The notes: generated from the letters alone by a model not told the origin. Shown: positions 1 through 9,881, counted from the stretch's first letter. The stretch is DNA of 64,000 bases from Acidobacteriota bacterium (GCA_963666215.2 CAXWPL010000005.1:128001-192000), one strand, 5' to 3'. Numbers and translations: made by a program.

Positions 1-76
1 CCGCGGGACGATCGACCGTGAGTACGGCGCAGCCGTCCTCGATGTCGACGCGGATATTCTCGTACTCAGGTGACAT
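1..76 (-). CDS. Enoyl-CoA hydratase/crotonase family, N-terminus only (runs off the window)
   Basis: Manual translation MSPEYENIRVDIEDGCAVLTVDRPA is a typical crotonase N-terminus; AGGAGG SD upstream; follows hbd and thiolase. Confidence 0.75.
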   Translation of the reverse strand, partial: MSPEYENIRVDIEDGCAVLTVDRPA

Positions 77-108
77 GCTCGCCTCCTCTTGCCAACCGCC
101 GCCTCAAC

Positions 109-978
109 TCAACCGTACTCGTAGAAACCACGGCCGCTCTTGCGGCCCAAGTGCCCCGCCATGACCATCCGCTTGAGCAGCGGCGGCGCGGCAAACTGCG
201 GCTGCTTGAACTCGTCGTGCATGATGTTGGCGATGTAGTAGGTGGTATCCAGACCCACGAAGTCCAGCAGCGCCAGCGGCCCCATCGGGTATCCACAGCC
301 CAGTTGCATCGCACGATCGATGTCTTCGGCCGCGGCGAGGCCCTGGTCGTAGACGCGGATGGCCTCCAGCAGATAAGGCACCAGCAGTCGGTTGACGATG
401 AAACCGGTGCGGTCGTCCGCGACCACCGACGTCTTCCCCAGGCTGGCGACAAATGCCTGGCCGAGCTCGATGGCTGTCGCGTCACTCAGCAAGGTCCGGA
501 TGATCTCGACCAGCTTCATCGCCGGCACCGGGCTGAAGAAATGCAGTCCGATGAACCGGTCCGGGCGGCGGGTCAAAACCGCCATCTGCGTGATGCTCAG
601 CGACGAGGTATTGCTGGCAAAGATCGTCTGGTCACCGCACGCCTGGTCGAGCGCAACGAACACCTCGCGCTTGGCATCGATGTCCTCGGTCACCGCCTCG
701 ATCACCAGCTGGCAAGGGGACAGCGCCGCGAGGTCGGTGGTCCCCTCCAGGTGCCCGGCGGTAGCGTGCATCGACGCCTCGTCGAGCTTGCCACGCTCAA
801 CCGCCTTGGCGACCGATGCTCGGATACGCCCCAGGCCGGCGGACAGGAGTTCGTCGTTGACCTCACGGACGATCGTGCGGTAGCCCGCTTGGGCGACGAC
901 CTGAGCGATGCCGCTGCCCATGAGCCCGCAGCCGACGACGCCAACACAATCGACGCCGGACACTCGCTGGTCGGTCAC
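109..978 (-). CDS. hbd: 3-hydroxybutyryl-CoA (3-hydroxyacyl-CoA) dehydrogenase
   Basis: GCGLMGSGIA Rossmann motif, ASNTSSL, GLHFFSP, GFIVNR, PMGP and GRKSGRGFY; start moved to the GTG at 978 just after the thiolase stop. Confidence 0.93.
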   Translation of the reverse strand: MTDQRVSGVDCVGVVGCGLMGSGIAQVVAQAGYRTIVREVNDELLSAGLGRIRASVAKAVERGKLDEASMHATAGHLEGTTDLAALSPCQLVIEAVTEDIDAKREVFVALDQACGDQTIFASNTSSLSITQMAVLTRRPDRFIGLHFFSPVPAMKLVEIIRTLLSDATAIELGQAFVASLGKTSVVADDRTGFIVNRLLVPYLLEAIRVYDQGLAAAEDIDRAMQLGCGYPMGPLALLDFVGLDTTYYIANIMHDEFKQPQFAAPPLLKRMVMAGHLGRKSGRGFYEYG

Positions 979-982
979 GTGG

Positions 983-2164
983 CTAGTCGACCTGCAGGCA
1001 AATCGCGATACCCTGCCCGCCGCCAATGCATGCGGTGGCGAGCCCGCGCCCACCACCGCGGCGACGCAGCTCGCGGGCCACCGTGTAAACGATGCGCGTG
1101 CCGGTCATGCCCAGTGGATGCCCCAGAGCGATGGCACCGCCATTGACGTTGACCCGCTCGCGATCGAGCCTGAGCTCTCTTTCGACCGCGAGGTACTGCC
1201 CAGCAAAGGCTTCGTTGACCTCGATGACGTCGACGTCCTCGAGCGACCACTCGGCGCGCGCCAGAGCCGCGCGAGAGGCAGGAACCGGACCGATGCCCAT
1301 CTCGCTCGGGGTCACTCCGACATAAGCCCAAGACACCACTTCCGCCAGAGGCTCGAGCCCGGCAACCCGCCCCCATTCGCCCCGGCAAACCACCAGAGCG
1401 GCGCCTCCGTCAACGATTCCGGAGGCGTTCCCAGCGGTCACGAACGTGCCCTCTCCGAATGTCGGTCGCAGACCAGCGAGGCTCTCCAGCGTGGTCTCCG
1501 GTCGCAGATGGTCGTCTTCATCGATTTGTGTGGTCTTACCTCGGTGTGCCACTTCAACCGTGACGATCTCCTCGGCGTGCACTCCCGCTTCTCGAGCGGC
1601 GGCAGCACGTTGTTGGCTACCGAGAGCGCAAGCATCTTGTTCTTCGCGGCTGATGTCGTACTTGCGCGCCAGATTGTCGGAAGTAGCTGACATGGTGCAG
1701 CCACAATAGGGGTCCATCAACGCCGCTGTCAGCGAGTCCTCGAGCGACGCAGCACCCATGCGGAAGCCCTTCCGCCCGCCATACAGCACGTGCGGAGCCA
1801 TCGACATGTTCTCCATGCCGCCCGCAACGCCGACGTCGATGCCATCCGACGCGATCGCGTGTGCCACGCTGATGATCGACTGAATGCCCGATCCACACAG
1901 CCGATTAACGGTGAGCGCCGGAACGCTCTCCGGAATGCCCGCCTTGAGCGCCACGTGCCGCGCGCCGTAAATCGCGTCGAGAGAAGTCTGCTGGGCGTTG
2001 CCGACCACCACATGCTCAATCACTTCCGGCGAGACCGCGGCGCGCTCGATGGCGGCCCGCGTTGCGGCAGCGCAGAGATCGATCGCCGACGTCGCCGCGA
2101 AGTCGCCCAGGAAGCGGCGCATGGCGGTCCGGGCACCTTCCAGGATCCAGATCGCGCTCGCCAT
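983..2164 (-). CDS. Acetyl-CoA C-acyltransferase (thiolase)
   Basis: NRLCGSG catalytic Cys, NEAFA, GGAIALGHP and CIGGGQG motifs; ATG at 2164. Confidence 0.95.
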   Translation of the reverse strand: MASAIWILEGARTAMRRFLGDFAATSAIDLCAAATRAAIERAAVSPEVIEHVVVGNAQQTSLDAIYGARHVALKAGIPESVPALTVNRLCGSGIQSIISVAHAIASDGIDVGVAGGMENMSMAPHVLYGGRKGFRMGAASLEDSLTAALMDPYCGCTMSATSDNLARKYDISREEQDACALGSQQRAAAAREAGVHAEEIVTVEVAHRGKTTQIDEDDHLRPETTLESLAGLRPTFGEGTFVTAGNASGIVDGGAALVVCRGEWGRVAGLEPLAEVVSWAYVGVTPSEMGIGPVPASRAALARAEWSLEDVDVIEVNEAFAGQYLAVERELRLDRERVNVNGGAIALGHPLGMTGTRIVYTVARELRRRGGGRGLATACIGGGQGIAICLQVD

Positions 2165-2195
2165 GTTCCTAGCTCCGGATAGTCGCAGTGAGAGG

Positions 2196-3263
2196 CTAGC
2201 AGCCGACCGGGGCCAACAGCCTGCCCGCGACATACTCCCCGACTTGCTCGGTTGTGCAACGACCGCCCAGGTCGCGAGTCACCTGATCGGCCCCAATCGC
2301 GTCGACGACCGCGGCCTCGATTGACGCAGCGATCTCCGGGTGGCCGACGTGCTCGAACATCAGCTGCGCCGACAGAATCGCCGCGATCGGATTCGCAACA
2401 CCCTTGCCCGCGTACTTCGGGGCCGAGCCGTGCACGGGCTCGAACAGACCCGCGCCGGTCTCCGGGTTGACGTTGGCCGAAGCGGCCAATCCGAGTCCTC
2501 CCTGCAGCTGAGCACCCAGGTCGGTGATGATGTCACCGAACATGTTGCAGGTCACGATGACATCGAACTGCGTGGGATCTTTGATCAACTGCATGGTCAA
2601 TGCGTCGACGAACAGGTGCCACGTTTCGATTTCCGGGTACTCGGCGCTCACCTCGTCGAAGACGCGCACCCAAAGGTCGTGGCCGAACGTGAGGACGTTG
2701 CTCTTGTCGCTCATGCAGACGCGGCGGAGCTGGTGGGCGCGGGCGTGCTCGAATGCGTGCCGGACGATCCGTTCGACGCCCTTGCGGGTGTTGATGTCCT
2801 CCTGAATCGCGACTTCATCGGCGGTGCCGCGCTTGAACTGCCCGCCCATACCAACGTAGAGACCCTCCGTGTTCTCGCGAAACACGGTGAAACATACGTC
2901 TTCCACCGACCGATCCTTCAGCGGACAGAGCTTCTCGTGTAGGAGCTTGATCGGGCGGAGGTTGACGTAAAGATCGAGCCGAAATCGTAGGCCGAGGAGG
3001 ATCTCCTTGCCGTGCGCCATGTCTGGAATCCGCGGGTCTCCGAGCGCCCCGAGATAGATCGCGTCGAACTCGTCGCGCAGCTGTCGGAAGCCCTCGTCGG
3101 GCAACCCCTCACCCGTCGCCAGGTAGCGCTCGGCGCCATAGTCGAACTCTTGCGTGATCAGCTCCACGCCATGCGCCTGGGCAGCGGCCTCGGAAACCTG
3201 AATCGCCGCCCGTGTGACCTCAATGCCGATGCCATCGCCTGGAATGACCGCTACGCGTACCAA
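2196..3263 (-). CDS. leuB: 3-isopropylmalate/tartrate/isocitrate-family beta-decarboxylating dehydrogenase (LeuB-like)
   Basis: IPGDGIGIEV, NLRP, RENTEGLY, NMFGDIITD and EPVHGSAP; substrate is uncertain. Confidence 0.8.
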   Translation of the reverse strand: MVRVAVIPGDGIGIEVTRAAIQVSEAAAQAHGVELITQEFDYGAERYLATGEGLPDEGFRQLRDEFDAIYLGALGDPRIPDMAHGKEILLGLRFRLDLYVNLRPIKLLHEKLCPLKDRSVEDVCFTVFRENTEGLYVGMGGQFKRGTADEVAIQEDINTRKGVERIVRHAFEHARAHQLRRVCMSDKSNVLTFGHDLWVRVFDEVSAEYPEIETWHLFVDALTMQLIKDPTQFDVIVTCNMFGDIITDLGAQLQGGLGLAASANVNPETGAGLFEPVHGSAPKYAGKGVANPIAAILSAQLMFEHVGHPEIAASIEAAVVDAIGADQVTRDLGGRCTTEQVGEYVAGRLLAPVGC

Positions 3264-3374
3264 TGCCGCCTCCGTACACAGCGCTGCGGGACTCGAAGGC
3301 CCAGATAGGGCGGTACGAGAACAATCGGGAGCCCGCTTGCGGCGATTGTCCCATGCCGCTCCGAGGCCGGCAAA

Positions 3375-3761
3375 TCAGCCCCGATCCGGGCCCGGGGGCG
3401 CCCCGCGCCCCGACAAGTACAGAGCTGTCAGCACGACCGCCAGTGCCACTCCAACAAGGTCGACGGCGACATCACGCGGGTCGGCAACCCGGCCGGGTAC
3501 GAGGCTCTGATGCCACTCGTCGAAGCCGGCGTGCAGTGCACCAACTGCCACCGCGGCGACTCTTTCAAGGCTGCTCAGGCGCCGGATCAGGCCATCGCTG
3601 AAGCCGAACGCCAGCGCCCCCCCGAGGACTCCGTATGCGGCCAGGTGCAACACCCAGTCGGGGCTCCCCTGCACCACATCGGGCCACTTGGGCTGGCCGG
3701 AAAAAAAGTAGATGATCCGCATCACCAGCAAGGCGGGAAGCCAAACCAGAAGGCGGCGCAT
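3375..3761 (-). CDS. VanZ-family membrane protein
   Basis: DWVLHLAAYGVLG and DEWHQSLVPGRVADPRD motifs; hydrophobic segments. Confidence 0.88.
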   Translation of the reverse strand: MRRLLVWLPALLVMRIIYFFSGQPKWPDVVQGSPDWVLHLAAYGVLGGALAFGFSDGLIRRLSSLERVAAVAVGALHAGFDEWHQSLVPGRVADPRDVAVDLVGVALAVVLTALYLSGRGAPPGPDRG

Positions 3762-3866
3762 CGACTCAGGCTACCTCTGACGGCGCGGGAATGCCCGTGC
3801 AGGAACGGGACTCGATGGCGCTCACCGAAAGGCTTGAACTCCGCGTACGGCGCCGATTCAAGGGCT

Positions 3867-4040
3867 TCAAATCGGCAGCAGCAGCATCGCCCAGGAAATC
3901 ATCAGAGCGCCGCCGATCAAGCCGAGTGCGATCCAGGTCGCTAGCACCACGGCGTCGCGCGGCCGACGCCGCAGCATCGCACCGAGGACGATCCCGACCG
4001 CGATGGAGAACAAGCAGAGGAAGCCGAAGTGCGCTGTCAT
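3867..4040 (-). CDS. Small two-TM membrane protein (57 aa)
   Basis: MTAHFGFLCLFSIAVGIVLGAMLRRRPRD...; ATG overlaps the upstream stop (TGATG). Confidence 0.75.
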   Translation of the reverse strand: MTAHFGFLCLFSIAVGIVLGAMLRRRPRDAVVLATWIALGLIGGALMISWAMLLLPI

Positions 4041-4927
4041 CACCGTCTTCCGGTGGCGACGTCGTAGGCGTCGAGCAGGATCAGCAGGTTGAGCAGTCCG
4101 GCCAGGAGCGTGAACGTGTTGCCATAGTCGAACGTGGCGCTCATGAGGTCGCCCTCGGCATAGCCTCCAAGGTGCGCCAGCACATACGGAACGCCGACCC
4201 CGGCCGCGCCGAGTGCTGCAAGGTAAGTCAGCGGCTCGCCCTCGATCGGCCGGTACACCTTGCCCTGGAGTGCCACGCCGCCTGCGAACAGCGATAACAC
4301 CAGTGCACCGAGCAGCACGCCGCGACCGATTCGTCGGGAGACGATGTGGCCAAGGCCGGGCACCGCCCAGCCCAGCAGGCAGATTGGCACGACGCGCCAC
4401 ATCAAGACCGTGGAGTCCATCGGCGCAGCGACATCCATCGGCCCTGGAGCAGCGCCTGGAAAGCCGTCCTCAGCAGTCCCCTCGACAATCCCCGCGGACG
4501 ACGCAGCGGCGGCGATGGCGGCCGATTCCGCCAGCGTCGCGGTGTCCGCCGTGGTCGTTGGGTCCACGACGTTGAGGGCCTCGGCAGCTTCAGCGGTCTC
4601 GATCACCGGGGGAACCGCGCCCCAGAACGCCTCTGCATCTGTGCCGGGACCCACCGATTCCGCGACCTCCTGTTCAGCGAGCAGCTCGGCCTCGGCCTGG
4701 GCCTGGGCCTGCTGCACGGGCTCGGGCAGGTCCACCGATTCGATCGGGTTCGCTGATTCGATCGGTGCCGCCTGTTCGATCAGCTCCATCTCGGAAGAAG
4801 AATCCGCTGCGTCGGGCTCGGTTGGTTGCGATACGGCGGTCTCTTCCGGCGCCGCGCCTTCACTCTTCGCTGCGGGGCCAGAAGGCCCTGGGGCGTCGGG
4901 TGGTGCGGACTTGTCGCGACCCTCCAC
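4040..4927 (-). CDS. Membrane protein with C-terminal DUF6677-like domain and long acidic disordered N-terminus
   Basis: GWAVPGLGH ... YGNTFTLLAGLLNLLILLDAYD; about 170 aa of E/A/P-rich sequence at the N-terminus. Confidence 0.75.
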   Translation of the reverse strand: MEGRDKSAPPDAPGPSGPAAKSEGAAPEETAVSQPTEPDAADSSSEMELIEQAAPIESANPIESVDLPEPVQQAQAQAEAELLAEQEVAESVGPGTDAEAFWGAVPPVIETAEAAEALNVVDPTTTADTATLAESAAIAAAASSAGIVEGTAEDGFPGAAPGPMDVAAPMDSTVLMWRVVPICLLGWAVPGLGHIVSRRIGRGVLLGALVLSLFAGGVALQGKVYRPIEGEPLTYLAALGAAGVGVPYVLAHLGGYAEGDLMSATFDYGNTFTLLAGLLNLLILLDAYDVATGRR

Positions 4928-4928
4928 G

Positions 4929-6377
4929 TTAGCCGCGCGCTCGCAGCAAGGCCGCGAGCCGACGCACAGTCGCGATCGCCTCGCCGCCAGAGATGGGCTC
5001 GAGTAGATCGAGCGAGCTTTCGCGGTTGAGCTCCATCAGACCGTGGCCGACCACTGCCTGTGCCGGCCGGAAAAGCAGGTGGCCTGGAGGCGGATCCTGG
5101 ATCGACGGCCGCGGAGCGCCGTCCGCGAGACCGAGCAGATCGAGCACGCGGTAGCACGCCTCGACGAGCATGCTGCGTCTCACCTCCATGTCGGGATAGA
5201 ACTCGTTGTTTTGATAGACATCAAGCACACCCCATTCAACTGTTCGTCGGATGAAGGGTGTCGACCAGCGGTTGCCACCGTCGGCGACAATCACTCCCCG
5301 ACGCATCTCCACATGAGACTCCAGGTCGGCAAGATTGATCGCCAGTACGGCGGCGAGCTCCTGGCGGTTGATCACACCCTTGGCGGCGAGTCGTCGGTAC
5401 TCGGGCGGCAAGGAGGCGGTCTCGAACGAGTCGCGAGCCGCTCGCGCGAGCCCCGCTACACGCGCGTCGCCAGGCAGAAGCTCCGCCAGGCGCTGGTAGG
5501 TATCGAGCGTTCTTCGTGAGTCTCCAACGAGCTCGTACAGCCCGCCCAGACGCTCGAGCAAGAGCGGCTGATCGCCGACCCACCGCGCGCCTCGCGTTAG
5601 CACCTCGATGCTCCGCTGCGGGTCATCCGCCGCAGCGTGCAGGTCGGCGAGCTTCAGGTAGGGGCCAATGACGTCGGGCGCCAATCGACTCGCTGCCTCG
5701 TACGACTCGATCGCCTCGGCAACTCGCCCGCCTGCGGCAGCCGATTCGGCGCGCGAGAGCATCGCGGCCATATCTCCGATCTCGAGTCGACGGAACGCCG
5801 CCCCGGCACGAGCCAGGGACGGATCGAGATCCAAAGCACGTTGGTACCAAGCGCGCGCCGCCGATGAGTCGCGGCCACGCTCCGCGACAAGGCCGAGGCC
5901 ATACGCAGCCGCCGCCTCGCCCTGATCGGCACCCGGCTGCAGGTTGACCGCTGCTTGCAGATCGCGCGTCGCGCTGACGTCGTCACCGCGCGTGATTGCC
6001 AGAAATCCAGTCAGCACCTGCGTTGCCGGGGCGCCCGATCCCCCTAACGTCACCGCGCGGGTCTCGGCTTCGTCGTAGGCACCTGATCGCAGAGCGTTCC
6101 AGGCCGCGAGAAGCTCACCCGAGTAGCCGCTCGGCGCCTCCGGAATCCGTGACGGATCGAGCGCAGGAGCACCAGCCGCGCGGGCCGAAGGAGCGGCTTC
6201 TCCTGAAGTCGCGCAGCCAACGGCGAGCAGCAGACCCCCGACGATCACCGCCCGACTGGCGCCGGAACGGACCCGTGATTGGCATCGATCGATTGTCCCG
6301 GGCAAGAGCGCGGCAGCCACCCGCGATCGAAGGACAGTCGCTGTGGATGCTGTATGACGGATCTGCTGGTGGCTCAA
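4929..6377 (-). CDS. TPR-repeat lipoprotein with C-terminal SLH-like domains
   Basis: Lipobox LLLAVGC; TPR-like helices; SLH-like segments INRQELAAVL, FYPDMEVRRSMLV and EPISGGEAIATV; real start may lie downstream of the TTG at 6377. Confidence 0.7.
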   Translation of the reverse strand: MSHQQIRHTASTATVLRSRVAAALLPGTIDRCQSRVRSGASRAVIVGGLLLAVGCATSGEAAPSARAAGAPALDPSRIPEAPSGYSGELLAAWNALRSGAYDEAETRAVTLGGSGAPATQVLTGFLAITRGDDVSATRDLQAAVNLQPGADQGEAAAAYGLGLVAERGRDSSAARAWYQRALDLDPSLARAGAAFRRLEIGDMAAMLSRAESAAAGGRVAEAIESYEAASRLAPDVIGPYLKLADLHAAADDPQRSIEVLTRGARWVGDQPLLLERLGGLYELVGDSRRTLDTYQRLAELLPGDARVAGLARAARDSFETASLPPEYRRLAAKGVINRQELAAVLAINLADLESHVEMRRGVIVADGGNRWSTPFIRRTVEWGVLDVYQNNEFYPDMEVRRSMLVEACYRVLDLLGLADGAPRPSIQDPPPGHLLFRPAQAVVGHGLMELNRESSLDLLEPISGGEAIATVRRLAALLRARG

Positions 6378-6456
6378 TGCGGTGACCTCGCGCCGGGACG
6401 AAGCGCCAACCGCTGCTCCCTGGTGGCAACGGTGCGCTGAGGGCGGCCGGCAACTC

Positions 6457-7482
6457 CTAGTCTAACGGAGCTAGCGGTGTAGCAACGGCGGGTGCCAGGC
6501 ACTCAGCAACGTAGTCGACCAATCGACTCCAGCGGTGAGACGGATCGGCCGCAGCGCTTTCTGCCGACCGCAGCCGAGACGGCGTGCTGTCGGTCTCGGG
6601 ATCGAACCAGACGGTGGGCGTTTTGTTACGAAACCACGTCATCTGGCGCTTGGCGTAGCGCCTGGTAGCGATCACGATCGCCTCCCGCGCCTGACTCAGC
6701 GTAGTTGCGCCGCGCTCCTGCTCCACGAGCTCGCGATACCCGATCGCCTGCAGTGCATGCGCCTCGGGAGCCACGCCGCGCCGCAGGAGCGCCGCCACTT
6801 CTGCCTGCCAACCAGCGGCCAGCATCTGATCCACGCGCTCCTCGATTCGCCGATAGAGCTCTGGACGAGGCCAATCGAGGCCGACCCAGACTGTGCGGCC
6901 CGGAAGGGGCTGGGCGCGATCACGCAGCAGGCGGCTGAACGGCACCCCCTCCCGCAAGGTGACCTCGAGAGCGCGCAACCGCCTTTGCCGATCGGCGGCG
7001 TCGATGCTCGCTGCCCACACCGGGTCGAGCCGCTGCAGCAGATCGCGAAGGCGCTGGGGACCGCAACGGCTCTCGATCGCGGTTAGCGCCTGTCGCCATC
7101 GTGGCTCGGACGGGGGCAGAACATCCAGACCCTCGATCAGCGCGCGTAGATACAGTCCACTGCCACCCACAATGATCGCCAAGCGGCCACGGCTGCGAAT
7201 GCCGTCGACCGCCGTACGCGCCATGCGAGCGTATTCTCCCGCCGAGCAGGCTGCGTGCGGCTCCAGAACGTCGACGCAATGATGCGGGACACGCTCGAGA
7301 AGCTCGGTCCTCGGTTTCGCGGTGCCGATCTCGAGATGGCGATACAGCTGCAAGGAGTCGGCGGAGACCACTTCGCCTGCAAATCTCTCTGCTAGAGCCA
7401 CGCCAAGCTCGGACTTGCCGCTGGCGGTGGGGCCCACAACAACAACCGCAGCCACGCGGCCGTCGTCCACGGCTTGTATCAA
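6457..7482 (-). CDS. miaA: tRNA dimethylallyltransferase
   Basis: GPTASGKS, SADSLQLY, GTAKP, VGGSGLY, AIGYRE and TRRYAKRQMTWF. Confidence 0.96.
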   Translation of the reverse strand: MIQAVDDGRVAAVVVVGPTASGKSELGVALAERFAGEVVSADSLQLYRHLEIGTAKPRTELLERVPHHCVDVLEPHAACSAGEYARMARTAVDGIRSRGRLAIIVGGSGLYLRALIEGLDVLPPSEPRWRQALTAIESRCGPQRLRDLLQRLDPVWAASIDAADRQRRLRALEVTLREGVPFSRLLRDRAQPLPGRTVWVGLDWPRPELYRRIEERVDQMLAAGWQAEVAALLRRGVAPEAHALQAIGYRELVEQERGATTLSQAREAIVIATRRYAKRQMTWFRNKTPTVWFDPETDSTPSRLRSAESAAADPSHRWSRLVDYVAECLAPAVATPLAPLD

Positions 7483-7507
7483 GAGAGCCGGCGGCGCTCG
7501 CGCCCGC

Positions 7508-7936
7508 TCAACGTTCCGCGTTGCCGCGCTCCACCGGAATCATCGGCAGAGCGATGCCCGCGGCACCGCCGCGCCGTAGGGCGTCGATGACGGCGACCCA
7601 GGTGTTGAGATCCACGGAGCCGTCGGCGCGCACGGTGATGCGCTCGCGCTCGGCCTCGCTGAGCGCAGCTATGCGGCTCTCGAGGTCTTCGACGGTTACC
7701 TGCTCGCCTTGCAGTCGCATCGCCCCCTCGGAGGACAACTCGACAACAATCGGCGCCGTGTCGGTTGCGGCGGCTGTCCCCGACTCGGGGAGCTCCAGAT
7801 CCATGCCGGCCTGCTCGAGAAAGGTCGTTGTGACCGCGAAAAAGATCAGCAGCAGGAAGACGATGTCGATGAGCGGAGAGATATCCAGGCGCGCACGCCG
7901 TCGCGCGCGCCCCTCACCGGCAAACAGCGAGCTCAC
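7508..7936 (-). CDS. exbD: ExbD/TolR biopolymer transport protein
   Basis: ISPLIDIVFLLLIFF TM helix with the conserved Asp; VRAD motif. Confidence 0.92.
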   Translation of the reverse strand: MSSLFAGEGRARRRARLDISPLIDIVFLLLIFFAVTTTFLEQAGMDLELPESGTAAATDTAPIVVELSSEGAMRLQGEQVTVEDLESRIAALSEAERERITVRADGSVDLNTWVAVIDALRRGGAAGIALPMIPVERGNAER

Positions 7937-8571
7937 ACGCCCTCCCCGGCCGACGACGACGATCCGCCGCGCCTGGCCAGCAGCAGCTTGACCATCTCGA
8001 GGGTCAGGCGTTCCATCTCGAGCACCATCCCCTCGGCGCGGCCAATCAGGAAGTTATACGCGGCCAGCGCCGGAATCGCGATCGCCAGCCCGGTGGCGGT
8101 GGTGATCATCGCCTCTGAGATACCGCCGGCAAGTGCATCGGCCTGCCCCACGCCCTCGCTCGAGATCACTGCGAACACGCGGATCATCCCGAGCACCGTG
8201 CCCAGAAGGCCGAGCAGTGGCGAGATGCTCACGACCGTCTCGAGAATGCCGAGGTAGCGCTCGAGGCGCGGGATCTCCTGCCGACCGGCATCGCGAACCG
8301 CATCGCGGAGCGAATCGCGCGACTCGAATCGGCTCCGCAACGCGGCCAGAACAATGTTATTGAACGGACTCGGGCGACTGAGAGCATACTCCTCGGCGCG
8401 TTCGAATTCGGAGTCGGAGATCAGCTCGCGCAAACGCTCCACGCCAGACTGCGGCAGGACTTTGATCTCGCGCAGGTTGAACAAGCGCTCGACAACGATG
8501 GCCAGGGCGACCACGGAACACAGGGCCAGCGGCACCATCACTGGGCCGCCGCTACGTAGGATCTCGATCAT
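7933..8571 (-). CDS. exbB: MotA/TolQ/ExbB proton channel protein
   Basis: SPLLGLLGTVLGMI and GISEAMITTATGLAIAIPA. Confidence 0.92.
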   Translation of the reverse strand: MIEILRSGGPVMVPLALCSVVALAIVVERLFNLREIKVLPQSGVERLRELISDSEFERAEEYALSRPSPFNNIVLAALRSRFESRDSLRDAVRDAGRQEIPRLERYLGILETVVSISPLLGLLGTVLGMIRVFAVISSEGVGQADALAGGISEAMITTATGLAIAIPALAAYNFLIGRAEGMVLEMERLTLEMVKLLLARRGGSSSSAGEGV

Positions 8572-8640
8572 GGTGTTCGTCGGGGTTCCGTTGTCCGGAG
8601 ATCGCTTCTTGTGCGAGCGTTCGCCGCGTAGCCCGCTCGG

Positions 8641-9675
8641 CTACTGCTCCGGCGGGAAGGTTATGGTGTCGGGGTCGAGGTTATAGACGAAACCGATCCG
8701 GCCGTCGATGGTCTCGTAAGGATAGAACGACGGAATGGGCGGCAGCGGGCTCGACAGCTCGAGAGCAAAGGTGGCGGCGCTGTCGTATGCCCCCTGCCCC
8801 GAGCCCCAAACCTGGTCGATCTCGATAATCGCCACCTCGCCGCCGCTCCGGTGCTCGCGACGAATCGACAGTCTCACGAAGGTAGCGCCTCCGATACGAG
8901 TGCGGATCAGCGGCGGGATGTTCCGGCGCCAGTTGAGCTCGATCGTCACGAGCACACGACGGAGATAGTCCCCCAGGTCGTATCCTCGGGTGTCGAAATC
9001 GGCCAGGCCCTGCGGCGCGTCTACGCCGCCGTTCGGATTCGAGAACATCTGCGGATCGACGAACGACTCGAGCCTGGCCAATGAGTTGCTCAGACTCTTG
9101 GGCCGCGGCGGCAGCGGTCGCCTGGGCGGGGTCTCGCTGGGCGACTCTGCGCTCGGTTGAGCGACCGCGTCCGGCGGCTGCCGATCGGCAGGCGCCGGCT
9201 CAGGCCGCTCCGTGGGCTCCGTGTCGCGCGGCTGGGGCGTCGTCACACGCGGTTGGGGCGGCGACCGTTCTGGCGTCGGAGCGGGCGTGGGTTGAGGCGT
9301 CGGTGGTGGCGTCGACGCCGCCGGCGGCGGGCGCAGCACCGCCTGCCGAGTGTTGCCCTCGGCGAACGGGTCCTCGGCATCGTCGCGAGGCGACCTGTCA
9401 CGCGCCTCACGATCGCGATCGGAAAGCACTTCAGTGTCTGGGGGCTCGGGTGGCTCCTCGCGATCCGGCGTATCGACGAAACGGAACTGCAGCGGCTCGC
9501 GCTCGGGCGCCGGTGCAAGCTCCGCGGAATAGAGCATGCCGGGCCACCAGTTGACGACCAATCCGCCTAGCAGGTGGAGTGCCAGCGCAATCACCAGAGC
9601 ACGCTCGAGCGTCATCTGACGCCGGTTCTCGCCCGACTTCCGGCGGAAGCGCTGCCAGACTCGATTGCGTGTCAT
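8641..9675 (-). CDS. TonB/TolA-like energy transducer
   Basis: TM helix ALALHLL, Pro-rich spacer, C-terminal SGQGAYDSAA..A..SPLPPIP; upstream of exbB-exbD; start at 9675 or 9615. Confidence 0.8.
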   Translation of the reverse strand: MTRNRVWQRFRRKSGENRRQMTLERALVIALALHLLGGLVVNWWPGMLYSAELAPAPEREPLQFRFVDTPDREEPPEPPDTEVLSDRDREARDRSPRDDAEDPFAEGNTRQAVLRPPPAASTPPPTPQPTPAPTPERSPPQPRVTTPQPRDTEPTERPEPAPADRQPPDAVAQPSAESPSETPPRRPLPPRPKSLSNSLARLESFVDPQMFSNPNGGVDAPQGLADFDTRGYDLGDYLRRVLVTIELNWRRNIPPLIRTRIGGATFVRLSIRREHRSGGEVAIIEIDQVWGSGQGAYDSAATFALELSSPLPPIPSFYPYETIDGRIGFVYNLDPDTITFPPEQ

Positions 9676-9694
9676 CAAAGGGGCTCGCGAGGGC

Positions 9695-9874
9695 ACGTTC
9701 GGAGCGCAGCAGGTGGCGCGCTCGTAGTCGTGTGCCCTAATGCACCGGCGTGGGAGCCGCCGCCGTCTCTCTTCGGGTTCGCGGCCACGTTTGCTAGGAC
9801 TCCGCGAAGGCCGCCCCGGACGAAGACTCCCTCGAACAAGCAGCGATCGATCCACCACCCGGCGGCATCGACGT
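9695..9874 (-). ncRNA. Putative 6S-like (ssrS) rod-shaped RNA, about 180 nt
   Basis: End-to-end pairing (GGGUGGUG/CGCCACCU, GGGAGUC/GGCUCCC, CGUC/GACG, UUCGCGG/CCGCGAA) around an internal bubble; extended -10 about 7 nt upstream; G-U wobbles favour the minus strand. Confidence 0.55.
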
Positions 9875-9881
9875 ATTGGCG

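Noticed and set aside
3829-3868. Imperfect inverted repeat (CTTGAA...TTCAAG) upstream of vanZ
   Set aside because: Short, with no U-tract and no match to a motif I recognise
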